Shown here piece after piece: positions 21,260 through 31,670 of a DNA stretch of 64,000 nt. The number at the start of each line of letters is the position of its first letter. Within the stretch, counting starts at the first letter, position 1. The notes under the pieces are model-generated. The model ran no database searches. It saw only the letters and a program-made list of their open reading frames with translations, and was not told the DNA's origin. This DNA is from an uncultured Enterobacteriaceae bacterium (lineage in GTDB: Bacteria; Pseudomonadota; Gammaproteobacteria; Burkholderiales; SG8-39), in the NCBI GenBank assembly GCA_964576525.1, contig CAZNVH010000087.1, forward strand, positions 8,914 to 72,913, in the 5' to 3' direction. The position numbers and the translations under genes were made by a program.

Positions 21260-22905
21260 CACATCTTCTCCGGAGCGCTGACGCCAAGGAGCGACAGCCC
21301 GCTGGCCAGCGTTTGGCGCACTGCCGCGCACAGCGCGAGCCGCGCGGTGCGCAGCGCCTCGTCGTCGACGAGGATGCGCTCGGCATTATAGTAGCTGTGA
21401 AACTCGGCCGCGAGGCTGCGCAGGTAGAAGGCCACCGAGTGCGGCGCGAGTTCCTTCGCGGCAACAGCGATCACGTCCGGATATTCCTCCAGCCTGCGAG
21501 CGAGCTGCAGCTCTTTCTCATTGGTGAGTTTGTCCAGGGTGGCGATGCGAAGTTCCGTGCTCTGGGCCTGCGAGAAGACGCTGCACACCCGGGCGTGGGC
21601 GTACTGCACGTAGTAGACCGGGTTCTCCAGGCTCTTCTCGCGCGCGAGGTCGACGTCGAACACGAACTCGGAGTCGGCTTTGCGCGACACGAGGAAGAAG
21701 CGCACCGCGTCGCGTCCCACCCAGTCGATGAGATCGCGCAGCGTCACGTAGGCCCCGGCGCGCTTGGAAATCTTTACCTCCGTGCCGCCGCGCACCACCT
21801 TCACCAGGCTGTGCAGCACGTAGTCGGGATAGCCCTGCGGGATGCCAAGGCCCAGCGCCTGCAGGCCGGCGCGCACCCGGATCACGGTGCTGTGGTGGTC
21901 AGTGCCCTGCACGTCGATCACCTTGCGGAAGCCGCGCTGCCACTTGGTGACGTGGTAGGCGACGTCGGGCAGGAAGTAGGTGTAGGTGCCGTCGGACTTG
22001 CGTACCACCCGGTCCTTGTCGTCACCGTATTCGGTGGTGCGCAGCCACAGCGCGCCGTCCTTCTCGTACGCCTTGCCGCTCGCCACCAGGCCTTTCACCG
22101 CCTGCTCCACCTTGCCGTCGGTGTACAGGCTCGACTCGAGGTAGTAGACGTCGAACTTGACGCCGAACGCCTGCAGATCCGCGTCCTGCTCCTTGCGCAG
22201 GTACGCCACGGCGAAGGCGCGGATCGCATCCTGGTCCTCAGGGCTTTTCTTCTGGGCGAGAAAGTCCCGCGCGATGTCCTCGATGTACTCGCCGGCATAG
22301 CCCTCCTCGGGCCAGCCGCGGTCGCCCGGCTTGATGCCGCGCGCGCGCGCTTGCACCGACCAGGCGAGCTTGTCGATCTGCGCTCCGGCGTCGTTGTAAT
22401 AGAACTCGCGCGTCACGGCGCAGCCCTGCGATTCGTACAGCGCAGCGATCGCATCGCCCAGCGCCGCCTGGCGGCCGTGGCCGACGTGCAGCGGCCCGGT
22501 GGGGTTGGCGGAGACGAACTCCACCTGCACCTTCTCGGGACTGGCCTGGCGCACGCGGCCGTAGTCCGGTCCGGCCTGAAGCACGCGCCGCACCACATCG
22601 ACCTGAGTGGTTTTCTTGAGGCGGAAGTTGATGAACCCCGGACCCTCGATGCTGGGCGATTCGATCAACGACGCGATATCCGGGGTCAGAGCCAGCGTCG
22701 AAGCGGACAGCGACTCCGCCACTTCACGCGGCTTTCTCTTAAGCACCTTGGCCAGCTGCAGCGCGGCGCTCGAAGAATAGTCGCCATGGCTGGCCTGCCT
22801 CGGCCGCTCAAGCGCGTAGACCCGCTCCAGGGCGTGTCCGGGCGCTTCCTTTTCGACCGCCTTCTTGAGCGCCGCTTCGATCGCGGCTTTCGGATCAGCT
22901 GCCAT
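21259..22905 (-). CDS. argS: Arginine--tRNA ligase
   Basis: [16 protein letters not shown] (HIGH motif), a class I core, and the C-terminal anticodon-binding DALR-type region ending ...[10 protein letters not shown]. Confidence 0.9.
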   Translation of the reverse strand: MAADPKAAIEAALKKAVEKEAPGHALERVYALERPRQASHGDYSSSAALQLAKVLKRKPREVAESLSASTLALTPDIASLIESPSIEGPGFINFRLKKTTQVDVVRRVLQAGPDYGRVRQASPEKVQVEFVSANPTGPLHVGHGRQAALGDAIAALYESQGCAVTREFYYNDAGAQIDKLAWSVQARARGIKPGDRGWPEEGYAGEYIEDIARDFLAQKKSPEDQDAIRAFAVAYLRKEQDADLQAFGVKFDVYYLESSLYTDGKVEQAVKGLVASGKAYEKDGALWLRTTEYGDDKDRVVRKSDGTYTYFLPDVAYHVTKWQRGFRKVIDVQGTDHHSTVIRVRAGLQALGLGIPQGYPDYVLHSLVKVVRGGTEVKISKRAGAYVTLRDLIDWVGRDAVRFFLVSRKADSEFVFDVDLAREKSLENPVYYVQYAHARVCSVFSQAQSTELRIATLDKLTNEKELQLARRLEEYPDVIAVAAKELAPHSVAFYLRSLAAEFHSYYNAERILVDDEALRTARLALCAAVRQTLASGLSLLGVSAPEKM

Positions 22906-22928
22906 GGAAGTCTTTGAATTATAGATTT

Positions 22929-24974
22929 TTAGTCGAACTCGATCGGGTCGACGTCCAGGTGCCAGCGGATCTGGCGCGGAGCGGAATCGAATAGATGCTC
23001 GCTCATTTCCCCCAGGTAGGCCTGAAGCGCCTGCCGCGAGGAGGACTGCATCACGAGCTGCGCACGCTCGAGGTCGGCGCGGCGCGTGAGGATGTGCGGC
23101 ACCGGATCGAACACCTGCACTTCGTCGGGCGCGCGCACGGCGGCCGCGGCTTCGCGCAGGAAACGCAGCGCGGCGTCGAGCTTGGGCGCCTCGGCGCGCA
23201 GCGCGGCCTCGAAGACGAACGGCGGGAAGCCGGCGCGGCGCCGCTCCTCGAGCTGCGAGGCGGCGAAGCCGGCGAAGTCGTGCTGCGCCAGCGCAACGAA
23301 CAGCGGGTGGCCGGGGTAGCGGGTCTGCACCAGCACCTCGCCGGGCTCGCTGCGCCGCCCGGCGCGGCCGGCGACCTGCTCCAGGACCGAGAACAGCCGC
23401 TCCGGCGCGCGGTAGTCCGTGGAGACCAGGGCGCTGTCGGCGTTGAGCACGCCGACCAGGGTAAGGCCGGGGAAGTCATGACCTTTCGCGAGCAGCTGGG
23501 TGCCGACCAGGATGTCGGCTTCTCCGCGCCGGACGCCTTCCAGCGTCCGCGTCAGCTCGCCGCGGCGCCGCGCGCTGTCGCGGTCGATGCGCACGATGCG
23601 CGCCTTCGGGAAGAGCGCCGCGAGCGTTTCCTCGACGCGCTGGGTGCCGCGGCCCATCGGCTTGAGATCGACGTTGCCGCAGGTCGGGCAGGCGCGCGGG
23701 ATCGCGCCCTCCGCGCCGCAGTGGTGGCAGCGCAGCCTGCGGTCCGCGGCATGCAGCACCATGCGCGCCGTGCAGCGCTCGCAGCCCGCGGTCCAGCCGC
23801 AGGCCTCGCAGGCGAGCACCGGCGCGTAGCCCCGGCGGTTGATGAACACCAGGCTTTGCTGGCGTTGGGAGAGCCTTTTCGCAATTTCAGCCAGTAGTTT
23901 TTTCGAAAAACCCTGTTCCACGGGTTCGTTGCGCAGGTCTACGGTCCTCACCACCGGCAGTCGGGCCCCCGGCGAAGCACGCTCCGGGAGCTCGAGCCGT
24001 TCGTAGCGCCCCTGGGTCCAGTTGTGCCAGGTCTCGAGCGAAGGCGTCGCGGTGCCGAGCACCACCGGGCAGCCGGCGAGCTTGGCGCGATACACCGCCG
24101 CATCGCGCGCCGAGTAGCGCAGGCCCTCCTGTTGCTTGAACGACGAGTCATGCTCCTCGTCCACCACCACGAGCGCGAGCCGCGGCAGGGGTGCGAGAAC
24201 GGCGAGCCGCGTGCCGAGCACGATCCCGGCCTCGCCGCGCGCCGCGGCGAGCCAGGCGCCGGTGCGGGCCACGTCCTCGAGTCCGCTGTGCAGCAAGGCA
24301 AGCCGTGCTTCCGGAAAGGCTTGCCGGAAGCGGCCTTCCAGCTGAGGCGTCAGGCTGATCTCGGGCACGAGGATCAGCGCCTGCTGGCCGCGCTCGAGCG
24401 CCTTGGCGGCGAGGTGCAGGTAGACCTCGGTCTTGCCGCTTCCGGTCACGCCGTGAAGCAGGAAGGCCTGAAAGCCGCCGAAGCCGGCGGCCACGCGCTC
24501 CACGATCTCTTTCTGGGATGGAAGAAGCTCGTGGTTCGGCACGAAGCGCGTGCCGGTGGGCGAGCGCTCGGCCTGAAGAACCTTGCGCGGCAGCGGCTTC
24601 AGCGAGCGCAGCCGCGGCGGCAGCGCTCCGATCACGGTTTCGCCGAGCGGGCGCTGGTAGTAGCCGGAAAGAAAGCGCATCAACGCCAGCCACTCGCCGG
24701 GCAGGCGCGGCGCGTCGTCGCGCACCGCGGAAATTGCTTTGATGCGCTCGGCCGGAAGCGCGGCGTCGACGCGCTCCTCGATCACGACGCCGATTTTTTG
24801 CTGCGCGCCGAAGCGCACCGCGACGCGATCGCCAACGTGCGCGTCGATTCCGTTGAGCAACGAATACTCGAAGAGCTTTGCGAGCGGCACGTCGAGCGCC
24901 ACCCGAATGCAGGAAATCTTCCGCGCCGGCAAGGACTTAGGGCTTGTGGATAAAGCTGTGGGTAAAGGCTTCAT
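22929..24974 (-). CDS. priA: Primosomal replication restart helicase PriA
   Basis: Walker [19 protein letters not shown] box, and the Cys-rich zinc region [13 protein letters not shown]...RCHHCG...CPTCG. The start may be internal to the listed first Met. Confidence 0.85.
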   Translation of the reverse strand: MKPLPTALSTSPKSLPARKISCIRVALDVPLAKLFEYSLLNGIDAHVGDRVAVRFGAQQKIGVVIEERVDAALPAERIKAISAVRDDAPRLPGEWLALMRFLSGYYQRPLGETVIGALPPRLRSLKPLPRKVLQAERSPTGTRFVPNHELLPSQKEIVERVAAGFGGFQAFLLHGVTGSGKTEVYLHLAAKALERGQQALILVPEISLTPQLEGRFRQAFPEARLALLHSGLEDVARTGAWLAAARGEAGIVLGTRLAVLAPLPRLALVVVDEEHDSSFKQQEGLRYSARDAAVYRAKLAGCPVVLGTATPSLETWHNWTQGRYERLELPERASPGARLPVVRTVDLRNEPVEQGFSKKLLAEIAKRLSQRQQSLVFINRRGYAPVLACEACGWTAGCERCTARMVLHAADRRLRCHHCGAEGAIPRACPTCGNVDLKPMGRGTQRVEETLAALFPKARIVRIDRDSARRRGELTRTLEGVRRGEADILVGTQLLAKGHDFPGLTLVGVLNADSALVSTDYRAPERLFSVLEQVAGRAGRRSEPGEVLVQTRYPGHPLFVALAQHDFAGFAASQLEERRRAGFPPFVFEAALRAEAPKLDAALRFLREAAAAVRAPDEVQVFDPVPHILTRRADLERAQLVMQSSSRQALQAYLGEMSEHLFDSAPRQIRWHLDVDPIEFD

Positions 24975-25143
24975 CCCAGCGTAACCTGCCTCGGGCAGGC
25001 GATCCCGCCCCGGGCCGGGGCTCCACGGGTCCGCCTTTTCCTCCGGGGCGTCAGGGGGTTACAGCTCCCTCTGGAGAGAAGGGGCCAGCCCCGCTGAACC
25101 GCCGGTCAAAGCGCCAAAACTGTGCATAAGTTAATCGGTTGCA

Positions 25144-26180
25144 TCAGGCCGCGGCGTTGCGGCGTCTGCTGTAAGCGCGCACTTCGTCTACAAGCGCCGA
25201 AACAGATTCGATCGGAGTTTTCGGTTGAATGCCGTGACCGAGATTGAAGACATGTCCCGGAGCAGCGCCGAAGCTGTCGATAACCTTTCTTGCGGCTTCG
25301 CGAACGCGTTCCGGCGGCGCGAACAGCGCAGCGGGATCGAGATTTCCTTGTAGCGCGACGCGCCCATCAGCGAGTTTGCGCGCTGCGCGCGGATCGCAGG
25401 TCCAATCGAGACCGACCGCGCTCGCTCCGCTTCCGATCATCGCCGCGAGCCACGGACTGCCGCCCTTGGTGAACAGGATCGTCGGCGCCTTCTTGATCCT
25501 GCTGATTATTTTTCTCGTGTACGAGAGGGAAAAGGTTTCGTAGTCCTCGTGGGCGAGGATGCCGCCCCAGGTGTCGAAGATCATGACCGCGTGGACGCCG
25601 GCGTCGATCTGCGCGTTCAGGTAGTCGGTGACGGCGCGGGTGTTGACCTCGAGGATGTGGTGGAGCAGGTCCGGCCGCGCATGCCGCATCGTCTTCAGCG
25701 TACGCCAGTCGTCGCTGCCGCTGCCTTCGACCATGTAGCAGGCGAGCGTGAAGGGGCTGCCGGAAAACCCGATCAGCGGTACGCGGCCGGCGAGCGCGCT
25801 GCGCGCCTCGCGGACCGCGTCGAGCACGTAGCGCAGCTCGGCGGCGGGGTCGGGCGCCGCCAGCCGGCGGATGGCGCCCTCGTCGCGCAGCGGCCGCTCG
25901 AAGCGCGGCCCCTCGCCTTCGGCGAACCCCAGGCCGAGACCCATGGCGTCGGGCACCGTGAGGATGTCGGAGAACAGGATCGCGGCATCCAGCGGGAAAC
26001 GCGCGAGCGGCTGCACGGTGACCTCGGCGGCGAGCGCCGGGGTCTTCGCCAGCGCGAGAAAGCTGCCGGCCTTCGCCCGCACCGCGTTGTACTCGGGCAG
26101 GTAGCGCCCCGCCTGGCGCATCAGCCATACCGGCGTGGTCTCGGTCGGCTGGCAGGCGAGCGCTTTCAGCAGCGTGTCGT

Positions 26181-26184
<4 letters not shown>
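25144..26184 (-). CDS. hemE: Uroporphyrinogen decarboxylase
   Basis: The GTG start gives [32 protein letters not shown]...[14 protein letters not shown]...MIFDTWGG. It overlaps the upstream TGA (GTGA at 26181-26184). Confidence 0.9.
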
Positions 26185-26669
<485 letters not shown>

Positions 26670-26707
26670 GCGCCTAGCATAATTACGACCCTGACCCCGA
26701 ATTACCT

Positions 26708-26908
26708 GCGGAAGGGTTCCCCGCCTGTGGCGGTGGGTCCGGCTCCCGAACCCCGGCTAAACAGGGTGGTCGCTTACCGGTCACATCAGGTTCATCCGGC
26801 TCGCCAGAGGCGAGGGACGATCGCAACAGTGACGCTAGATCCGCAACCTGGGGAAGCTATCGGTTCGAAGATGAAGGACCCGGTCGCACACCGCAGGGAA
26901 CCCGGTCT
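26708..26908 (-). ncRNA. ssrS: Probable 6S RNA
   Basis: About 200 nt of non-coding sequence lies immediately downstream of zapA on the same strand, which is the conserved zapA-ssrS arrangement. The 5' GGGUUCCC (26903-26896) pairs with the 3' GGGAACCC (26721-26714), and flanking imperfect pairing gives a long closing stem. The ends are approximate. Confidence 0.55.
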
Positions 26909-26910
26909 TT

Positions 26911-27219
26911 TTAAAACAACTTCTCCTGCTTTGCAATCGCCGCGTCGAGTTGCGTCTCGAGCGCGAGCAGGCGCCGCTTCGCCTGGCCGACGTCGAAGCC
27001 GACGCCGAGCTTGACGCTGAGCAATTCGTGCGCCACGTTGAGCGCGGCCATCACCGCGATGCGCTCGGCGCCCATCACCTTGCCGGCCTTGCGGATCTCG
27101 TTCATCTTGGCGTCGAGGTAGGCGACCGCCTGCATCAGCGCCTCGCGCTCGTGATCGTCGCAGGCGACGCGGTAGGTGCGGCCCAGCAAGTTGACTTCGA
27201 CGGTCTTCGCCTCGGCCAT
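26911..27219 (-). CDS. zapA: Cell division protein ZapA
   Basis: MAEAKTVEVNLLGRTYRVACDDHEREALMQAVAYLDAKMNEIRKAGKVMGAERIAVMAALNVAHELL is the ZapA signature. Confidence 0.85.
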   Translation of the reverse strand: MAEAKTVEVNLLGRTYRVACDDHEREALMQAVAYLDAKMNEIRKAGKVMGAERIAVMAALNVAHELLSVKLGVGFDVGQAKRRLLALETQLDAAIAKQEKLF

Positions 27220-27230
27220 GCGGATCGGCC

Positions 27231-27443
27231 TCAACCGGGCAGCCGGGACAGCAGGCCTTCCAGGCGGGCCTTGGCGCCGTTGATCTTCTCGTGAAGACGT
27301 TTCGCGTCGCCGCGCGCGGCCGCTAGCTGCTGGCGCAACTCGAGATTCTCGGTGCGCAGCCGCTCGCAAAGCGAGACAAACTGGGCCACCTTGGTTTCCA
27401 GCGAATTGAACTCCGTCTCCACGCCCGCAACACTATGTTGCAA
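27231..27443 (-). CDS. Small coiled-coil protein upstream of zapA (ZapB-like / TIGR02449-type)
   Basis: 70-aa heptad-rich sequence LETKVAQFVSLCERLRTENLELRQQLAAARGDAKRLHEKINGAKARLEGLL. It is adjacent to and co-oriented with zapA. Confidence 0.55.
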   Translation of the reverse strand: MQHSVAGVETEFNSLETKVAQFVSLCERLRTENLELRQQLAAARGDAKRLHEKINGAKARLEGLLSRLPG

Positions 27444-27487
27444 AACTCAAGCAAGGTCAAGCAGTAAGGCCGGTTTCTGCATGTATT

Positions 27488-28321
27488 TCATGACCTTGCC
27501 GCGCGTGCCCGCTCCAGCGCGCGGCAGACGAGTTCGGCGCCATCGAGCAGGCGCGGGGTGTGGCGCTGGATCAGCTCGGCCGGGATGTGCTGGAACCGGC
27601 TGCGGTCGAGCCCGGGAAGGCCCTGGACCGCTGGGCTGCTGGTCAGGATGACGTCAGGGTTGGCACGCAACACGGCTTCGGGCTCGACCTCCGGGGCGAT
27701 GGCCGGCAGCGCGTCGAACACGTTCTCGCCGCCGCACAGGCGGATCACCTTGCTGATGACGTGCTGGCCGTTGACCGTCAGCAGCGGCCGGTCCCACACC
27801 ATATAGAAGACGCGCAGCGGCGCGCGCTTCGCATACCTCGCCTCGAGGCCGGCCTTCCTCTCCCGAAACTCGGCCGCGGCGCGCGCCGCTTCCCCCGGCG
27901 TTCCGGCAAGGCTGCCCAGGCGCTCCAGGGTGGTGGCGATGTCCTCCAGCTCGCGCGGCTCGGAGCGGAACACCGGCAGGCCGAGCTCGGCGAGCCGGTC
28001 AATCGCGCGCCGGCTGCCGGCGTTCGGCCAGGCGACGACCAGGTCCGGGCGCAGCGCCAGCACGGCCTCGAGGCTGATCTGCGAGTCGCTGCCGACGCGC
28101 GGCAGCGCGCGCGCTTCTGCCGGGTAGTCGCTGTAGTCGACCGCGCCGACCGCCCGCGCCCCGGCGCCCGCCGCGTACAGGAGCTCTGTGAGATGCGGCG
28201 CCAGGCTGACGATGCGGGAGGCGGGGGAAGGGAGCCGAACCTGATTGCCGTAGTCATCCCTTACAACCACCTGGGCGTGACTACTTAACGAAAACAACAA
28301 AGCGAGAACAGCCCAGCGCAT
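27488..28321 (-). CDS. btuF: Periplasmic cobalamin/siderophore-type (class III, BtuF-like) substrate-binding protein
   Basis: The ATG at 28321 gives signal peptide MRWAVLALLFSLSSHAQ, then ...RIVSLAPHLTELLYAAGAG...VGAVDYSDYP...LRPDLVVAW. It is divergent from a B12-riboswitch-controlled receptor gene. Confidence 0.7.
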   Translation of the reverse strand: MRWAVLALLFSLSSHAQVVVRDDYGNQVRLPSPASRIVSLAPHLTELLYAAGAGARAVGAVDYSDYPAEARALPRVGSDSQISLEAVLALRPDLVVAWPNAGSRRAIDRLAELGLPVFRSEPRELEDIATTLERLGSLAGTPGEAARAAAEFRERKAGLEARYAKRAPLRVFYMVWDRPLLTVNGQHVISKVIRLCGGENVFDALPAIAPEVEPEAVLRANPDVILTSSPAVQGLPGLDRSRFQHIPAELIQRHTPRLLDGAELVCRALERARAARS

Positions 28322-28339
28322 CTGGTTATGATATCGGCC

Positions 28340-28490
28340 GCTACCAGGTGTACGGGAAAGAGGTGAAAAGCCTCTACTGCCCCCGCAACGGTAAGCGAGA
28401 AAAGTCGTTCCACGCAGGGCCACTGCGCGAAAGCGCGGGAAGGCGGAACGAGGAAGCTCTCGCGAGTCCGGAGACCGGCCTGGAAGCTTT
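28340..28490 (+). promoter_or_regulatory. Cobalamin (B12) riboswitch in the leader of the TonB-dependent receptor gene
   Basis: P1 arms ccagg (28344-28348) and cctgg (28479-28483). The conserved core is gggaaagaggtgaaaagcc...ctgcccccgcaacggtaagc. A B12-box-like agtccggagaccggcc lies at 28465-28480. SD aggggagg precedes ATG 28536. Confidence 0.8.
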
Positions 28491-28535
28491 CTCAACCATT
28501 TCGCGGCGTCGGGGAAGACGCCAGGGGAGGTTTCT

Positions 28536-30599
28536 ATGCGCCATGCCATCGCCGGCTTCCTCGCCGGTGTGTTCGTTTCCGCTTCGTTTGCGCAGGACGA
28601 CGCCGTGGTCATCACGGCGCCGCGCTTTCCGGAGGAGGTGCGCCGGCTGCCGGCGAGCGTCACCGTCATCACCGAGAGCGACATCGCCCGCAGCGCCGCC
28701 CGCACGCTGCCCGAGCTGCTGCAGTCGGAGGTTGGCTTCACCATGAAGGATCTGTTCGGCAACAACGCCGCGGCCACCTCGATCGACCTGCGCGGCTTCG
28801 GCGTTACCGGCCCGCAGAACACGCTGATCCTGCTCGACGGCCGGCGGCTGAACGACTTCGACCTGTCGGGCGTGCAATGGGCGTCGATCCCGCTCGCCGC
28901 GATCGAGCGCATCGAGGTGGTGCGCGGCAGCGGCGCGGTGCTGTACGGCGACGGCGCCTCCGCCGGAATCGTCAACATCGTGACGCGCTCGCCGCTCACG
29001 CCGGGCACCCGCGTCGAGCTGCTCGGCCGCGCCGCGAGCTTCGATACCCTGGAAGGCCAGGTCTACGGCAGCGCCGCGAGCGGCGGCTTCGGCATCAACG
29101 CCTCGGTGTACGGCTACAGCTCCGAGGGCTACCGCGACAACAACAAGAACGAGCAGCAGAACAACACCCTCAACCTGCGCTGGGCGCTCGCCCGGGGCTC
29201 GCTCGACCTGCGAGCCGGTACCGACCGCCAGGACCTGCGCCTGCCGGGCGGCCGCTTTGTCGAGCCCGACATGGGAATCGACGACTACGCCGCGAATCGG
29301 CGCGCCGCGAGCACGCCGCTCGACTACGCGAGCCGCGACGGGCAGCGCGCGGGGCTCTCGCTCCTGCAGCGCTTCGGCGGCGTCGAAGCCTCGGTCGGCC
29401 TCGACTGGCGCGACAAGGACCAGCGCTCCTACTTCGACCAGAACGGCTTTCCGTCGTACCGCGCCGACAAGCTCGAGCTCACCTCGCTCACGCCGCGCAT
29501 CAAGGTCCCGATCGGCCCCCATTCCCTGGTGGCCGGCGTGGACCTGCACCAGTGGCGCTACGACTCGCGGCGCACCGACCGGCCGGAGAACCTCGGCCAG
29601 CCGGGCAACACCGTGAAGGTGGAGCAGGACACCACCGGGGTCTACCTTCAGGGCAGCTTCCAGCTGCCGTACGACACCATCCTCACCGCGGGCTGGCGCA
29701 GCGAGCGCGCGACCTACAAGGGCGAGGACACGGTGGACTTCAGCGCGCCGAACTGCACCGGCCTGTTCGCGTTCTGCAGCGGCGCGCCCGCGATCGAGGA
29801 GAAGCAGAAGGCCGAGGCCTGGGAGCTCGGCGCGCGCCACGCGCTGACGCGCCAGTGGCAGCTTTTCGGCCGCGCCGGCAAGAGCTTCCGCTTCGTCAAC
29901 GCCGAGGAGATCTACGAGAACGACGCGTTCTTCGCGGCGCAGTTCCAGGTGCTGCGGCCGCAGCAGGCCGAAACGCTCGAGGGCGGGGCCGAGTGGCGCG
30001 CCGGCGGCCACGCGCTGCGCGCGACGCTGTTCCGCACCGACGTCACCGACGAGATCCACCTCGACCCGTTCACCACCGGCGTCGGCAACACCAACCTGCC
30101 GCCTTCGCGCCGGCAGGGCTTCGAGCTGGACGGAAAGGCCCAGCTCGGCAGCCGCGTCAAGCTGAGCGGCGCCTACGCCTACACCGAGGCCGAGTTCCTC
30201 GAGGGCACGCTCGCCGGCTCGGCCGGCGCCATCGGCACCAACATGCCGATTGCCGGCAACACCGTGCCGCTGGTTCCGCGCCACAAGCTGAACCTCGGCC
30301 TCGCCTGGGACGTGGCGGCGCGCACGCTGTTCTCCGCGGCCTTCACCTACGTCAGCGAGCAGGTGCTGGACAACGACGAGCCCAACACGCTCGGCCACAG
30401 GATCCCGGCGTACGCCCTGGTGGACCTCAAGCTCGGGCAGCGCTTCGACTGGGGGCGCATCGCCGCCACGGTCAACAACCTGCTCGACGAGCAGTACTAC
30501 AACTACGCCGTGCGCAGCGCTTTCAATGCGGATCGCTACAGCGTCTACCCGCTGCCGGGCCGCAGCTTCGGCCTCACGGCGGAGGTCGTCCTGCGCTAG
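28536..30599 (+). CDS. btuB: TonB-dependent outer-membrane receptor, BtuB-like
   Basis: Signal peptide, TonB-box-like DDAVVITAPR, plug domain ...VTVITESDI...IDLRGFG...ILLDGRRLND...IERIEVVRGSGAVLYGDGASAGIVNIVT, then a beta-barrel. It is preceded by the B12 riboswitch. Confidence 0.8.
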   Translation: MRHAIAGFLAGVFVSASFAQDDAVVITAPRFPEEVRRLPASVTVITESDIARSAARTLPELLQSEVGFTMKDLFGNNAAATSIDLRGFGVTGPQNTLILLDGRRLNDFDLSGVQWASIPLAAIERIEVVRGSGAVLYGDGASAGIVNIVTRSPLTPGTRVELLGRAASFDTLEGQVYGSAASGGFGINASVYGYSSEGYRDNNKNEQQNNTLNLRWALARGSLDLRAGTDRQDLRLPGGRFVEPDMGIDDYAANRRAASTPLDYASRDGQRAGLSLLQRFGGVEASVGLDWRDKDQRSYFDQNGFPSYRADKLELTSLTPRIKVPIGPHSLVAGVDLHQWRYDSRRTDRPENLGQPGNTVKVEQDTTGVYLQGSFQLPYDTILTAGWRSERATYKGEDTVDFSAPNCTGLFAFCSGAPAIEEKQKAEAWELGARHALTRQWQLFGRAGKSFRFVNAEEIYENDAFFAAQFQVLRPQQAETLEGGAEWRAGGHALRATLFRTDVTDEIHLDPFTTGVGNTNLPPSRRQGFELDGKAQLGSRVKLSGAYAYTEAEFLEGTLAGSAGAIGTNMPIAGNTVPLVPRHKLNLGLAWDVAARTLFSAAFTYVSEQVLDNDEPNTLGHRIPAYALVDLKLGQRFDWGRIAATVNNLLDEQYYNYAVRSAFNADRYSVYPLPGRSFGLTAEVVLR

Positions 30600-30611
30600 T
30601 ACACTCGCGGG

Positions 30612-31670
30612 ATGGTGAGCGATGCCGTCCCGCTGGGGGAATGTGCCCGCGCGCTGGTGGTCAAGCTGCGCCACCATGGCGACGTGCTGCTCGCCGCACC
30701 GGTGCTTGCGCTGCTCAAGGCGCGCGCGCCGTCCCTCCAGGTCGACGCGCTGGTGTATGACGACACCCTGCCGATGCTCGAAGGGCATCCCGCCCTGTCG
30801 CGGCTCTATTTTGTCGGCAGGAAATGGCGGGAGAGGAAAGCTTTTTCCCGGTTCACCCTGGAAAGGCATTTGTTTCGAGAGCTGAAAGCGCGCAACTACG
30901 ACCTGCTCGTGCACCTCTCGGAGCAGCCGCGCGGCGCGTGGCTCGCCCGCCTGCTGGGCGCGCGCTACAGCGTCGCGCCGGCGATGCCGGGCCGCGGCAA
31001 GTTCTGGGCGAATAGCTTCACGCATCTGTATCCGCTGGTGAGCGGCGGGCGGCGCCACCAGGTCGAGCTGAACCTCGACGCGCTGCGGCGCATCGGCGTG
31101 CAGCCTTCGCTCGCCGAGAGGAACGTGGTTTTTGTCCCGGGGCCCGAAGCCGAATCCCGGATCCATGAGCTGGTCGATGAAACCCCGTTCGTGCACATGC
31201 ACCCCGCTTCGCGCTGGCGCTTCAAGTGCTGGCCGGCGGAGCACAACGCCGAGCTGATCGACCGCCTCGCCGTCGACGGGTATCGCGTGGTCCTGACCTC
31301 GGCCCCCGACGAGGTGGGCTTCATCGAAGAAATCGTTCAGAAAGCAAAAGCGCAAACGCTCAACCTGGCCGGCAAGCTCTCGATCAAGGAGCTCGGCGCG
31401 CTCACCGCGCGCGCGCGCCTGTTCATCGGCGTCGACTCGATGCCGATGCATCTGGCCGCGGCGATGGGCACGCCGACGGTGGCGCTGTTCGGCCCGAGCG
31501 GCGAGCACGAGTGGGGCCCGTGGAACGTGGAGCGCCGCGTGGTGACCACGACGCACAGCTGCCGGCCCTGCGGCTTCGACGGCTGCGGCGGCGGCAAGCT
31601 CTCCGAGTGCCTCGCCTTCCTGCCGGTCGATGCGGTGCACGCCGCGGCGCGCGAGCTGCTCTCGAAGTGA
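30612..31670 (+). CDS. waaQ: LPS heptosyltransferase III-like glycosyltransferase (GT9)
   Basis: ALVVKLRHHGDVLLAAPVLALLK... and ...GVDSMPMHLAAAMGTPTVALFGPS are GT9 heptosyltransferase hallmarks. Confidence 0.7.
   Translation: MVSDAVPLGECARALVVKLRHHGDVLLAAPVLALLKARAPSLQVDALVYDDTLPMLEGHPALSRLYFVGRKWRERKAFSRFTLERHLFRELKARNYDLLVHLSEQPRGAWLARLLGARYSVAPAMPGRGKFWANSFTHLYPLVSGGRRHQVELNLDALRRIGVQPSLAERNVVFVPGPEAESRIHELVDETPFVHMHPASRWRFKCWPAEHNAELIDRLAVDGYRVVLTSAPDEVGFIEEIVQKAKAQTLNLAGKLSIKELGALTARARLFIGVDSMPMHLAAAMGTPTVALFGPSGEHEWGPWNVERRVVTTTHSCRPCGFDGCGGGKLSECLAFLPVDAVHAAARELLSK

Noticed and set aside
25025-25045. GC palindrome gccccgg-g-ccggggc, and other short dyads in the hemE-priA intergenic region (24975-25143), considered as a terminator or small RNA.
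   Set aside because: The 1-nt loop makes a hairpin sterically implausible and no T-tract follows on the relevant (minus) strand. Short GC dyads are expected by chance at this base composition. There is no supporting structure or conservation evidence.
30576-30599. The TonB-dependent receptor ends ...GLTAEVVLR, with a C-terminal Arg instead of the usual aromatic beta-signal residue. It is followed by TAG, and waaQ-like sits in the same frame 12 nt later.
   Set aside because: This cannot be judged without an alignment of orthologs. Non-aromatic termini do occur. Readthrough into waaQ-like would make a nonsensical periplasm/cytoplasm fusion. It is treated as a normal stop.
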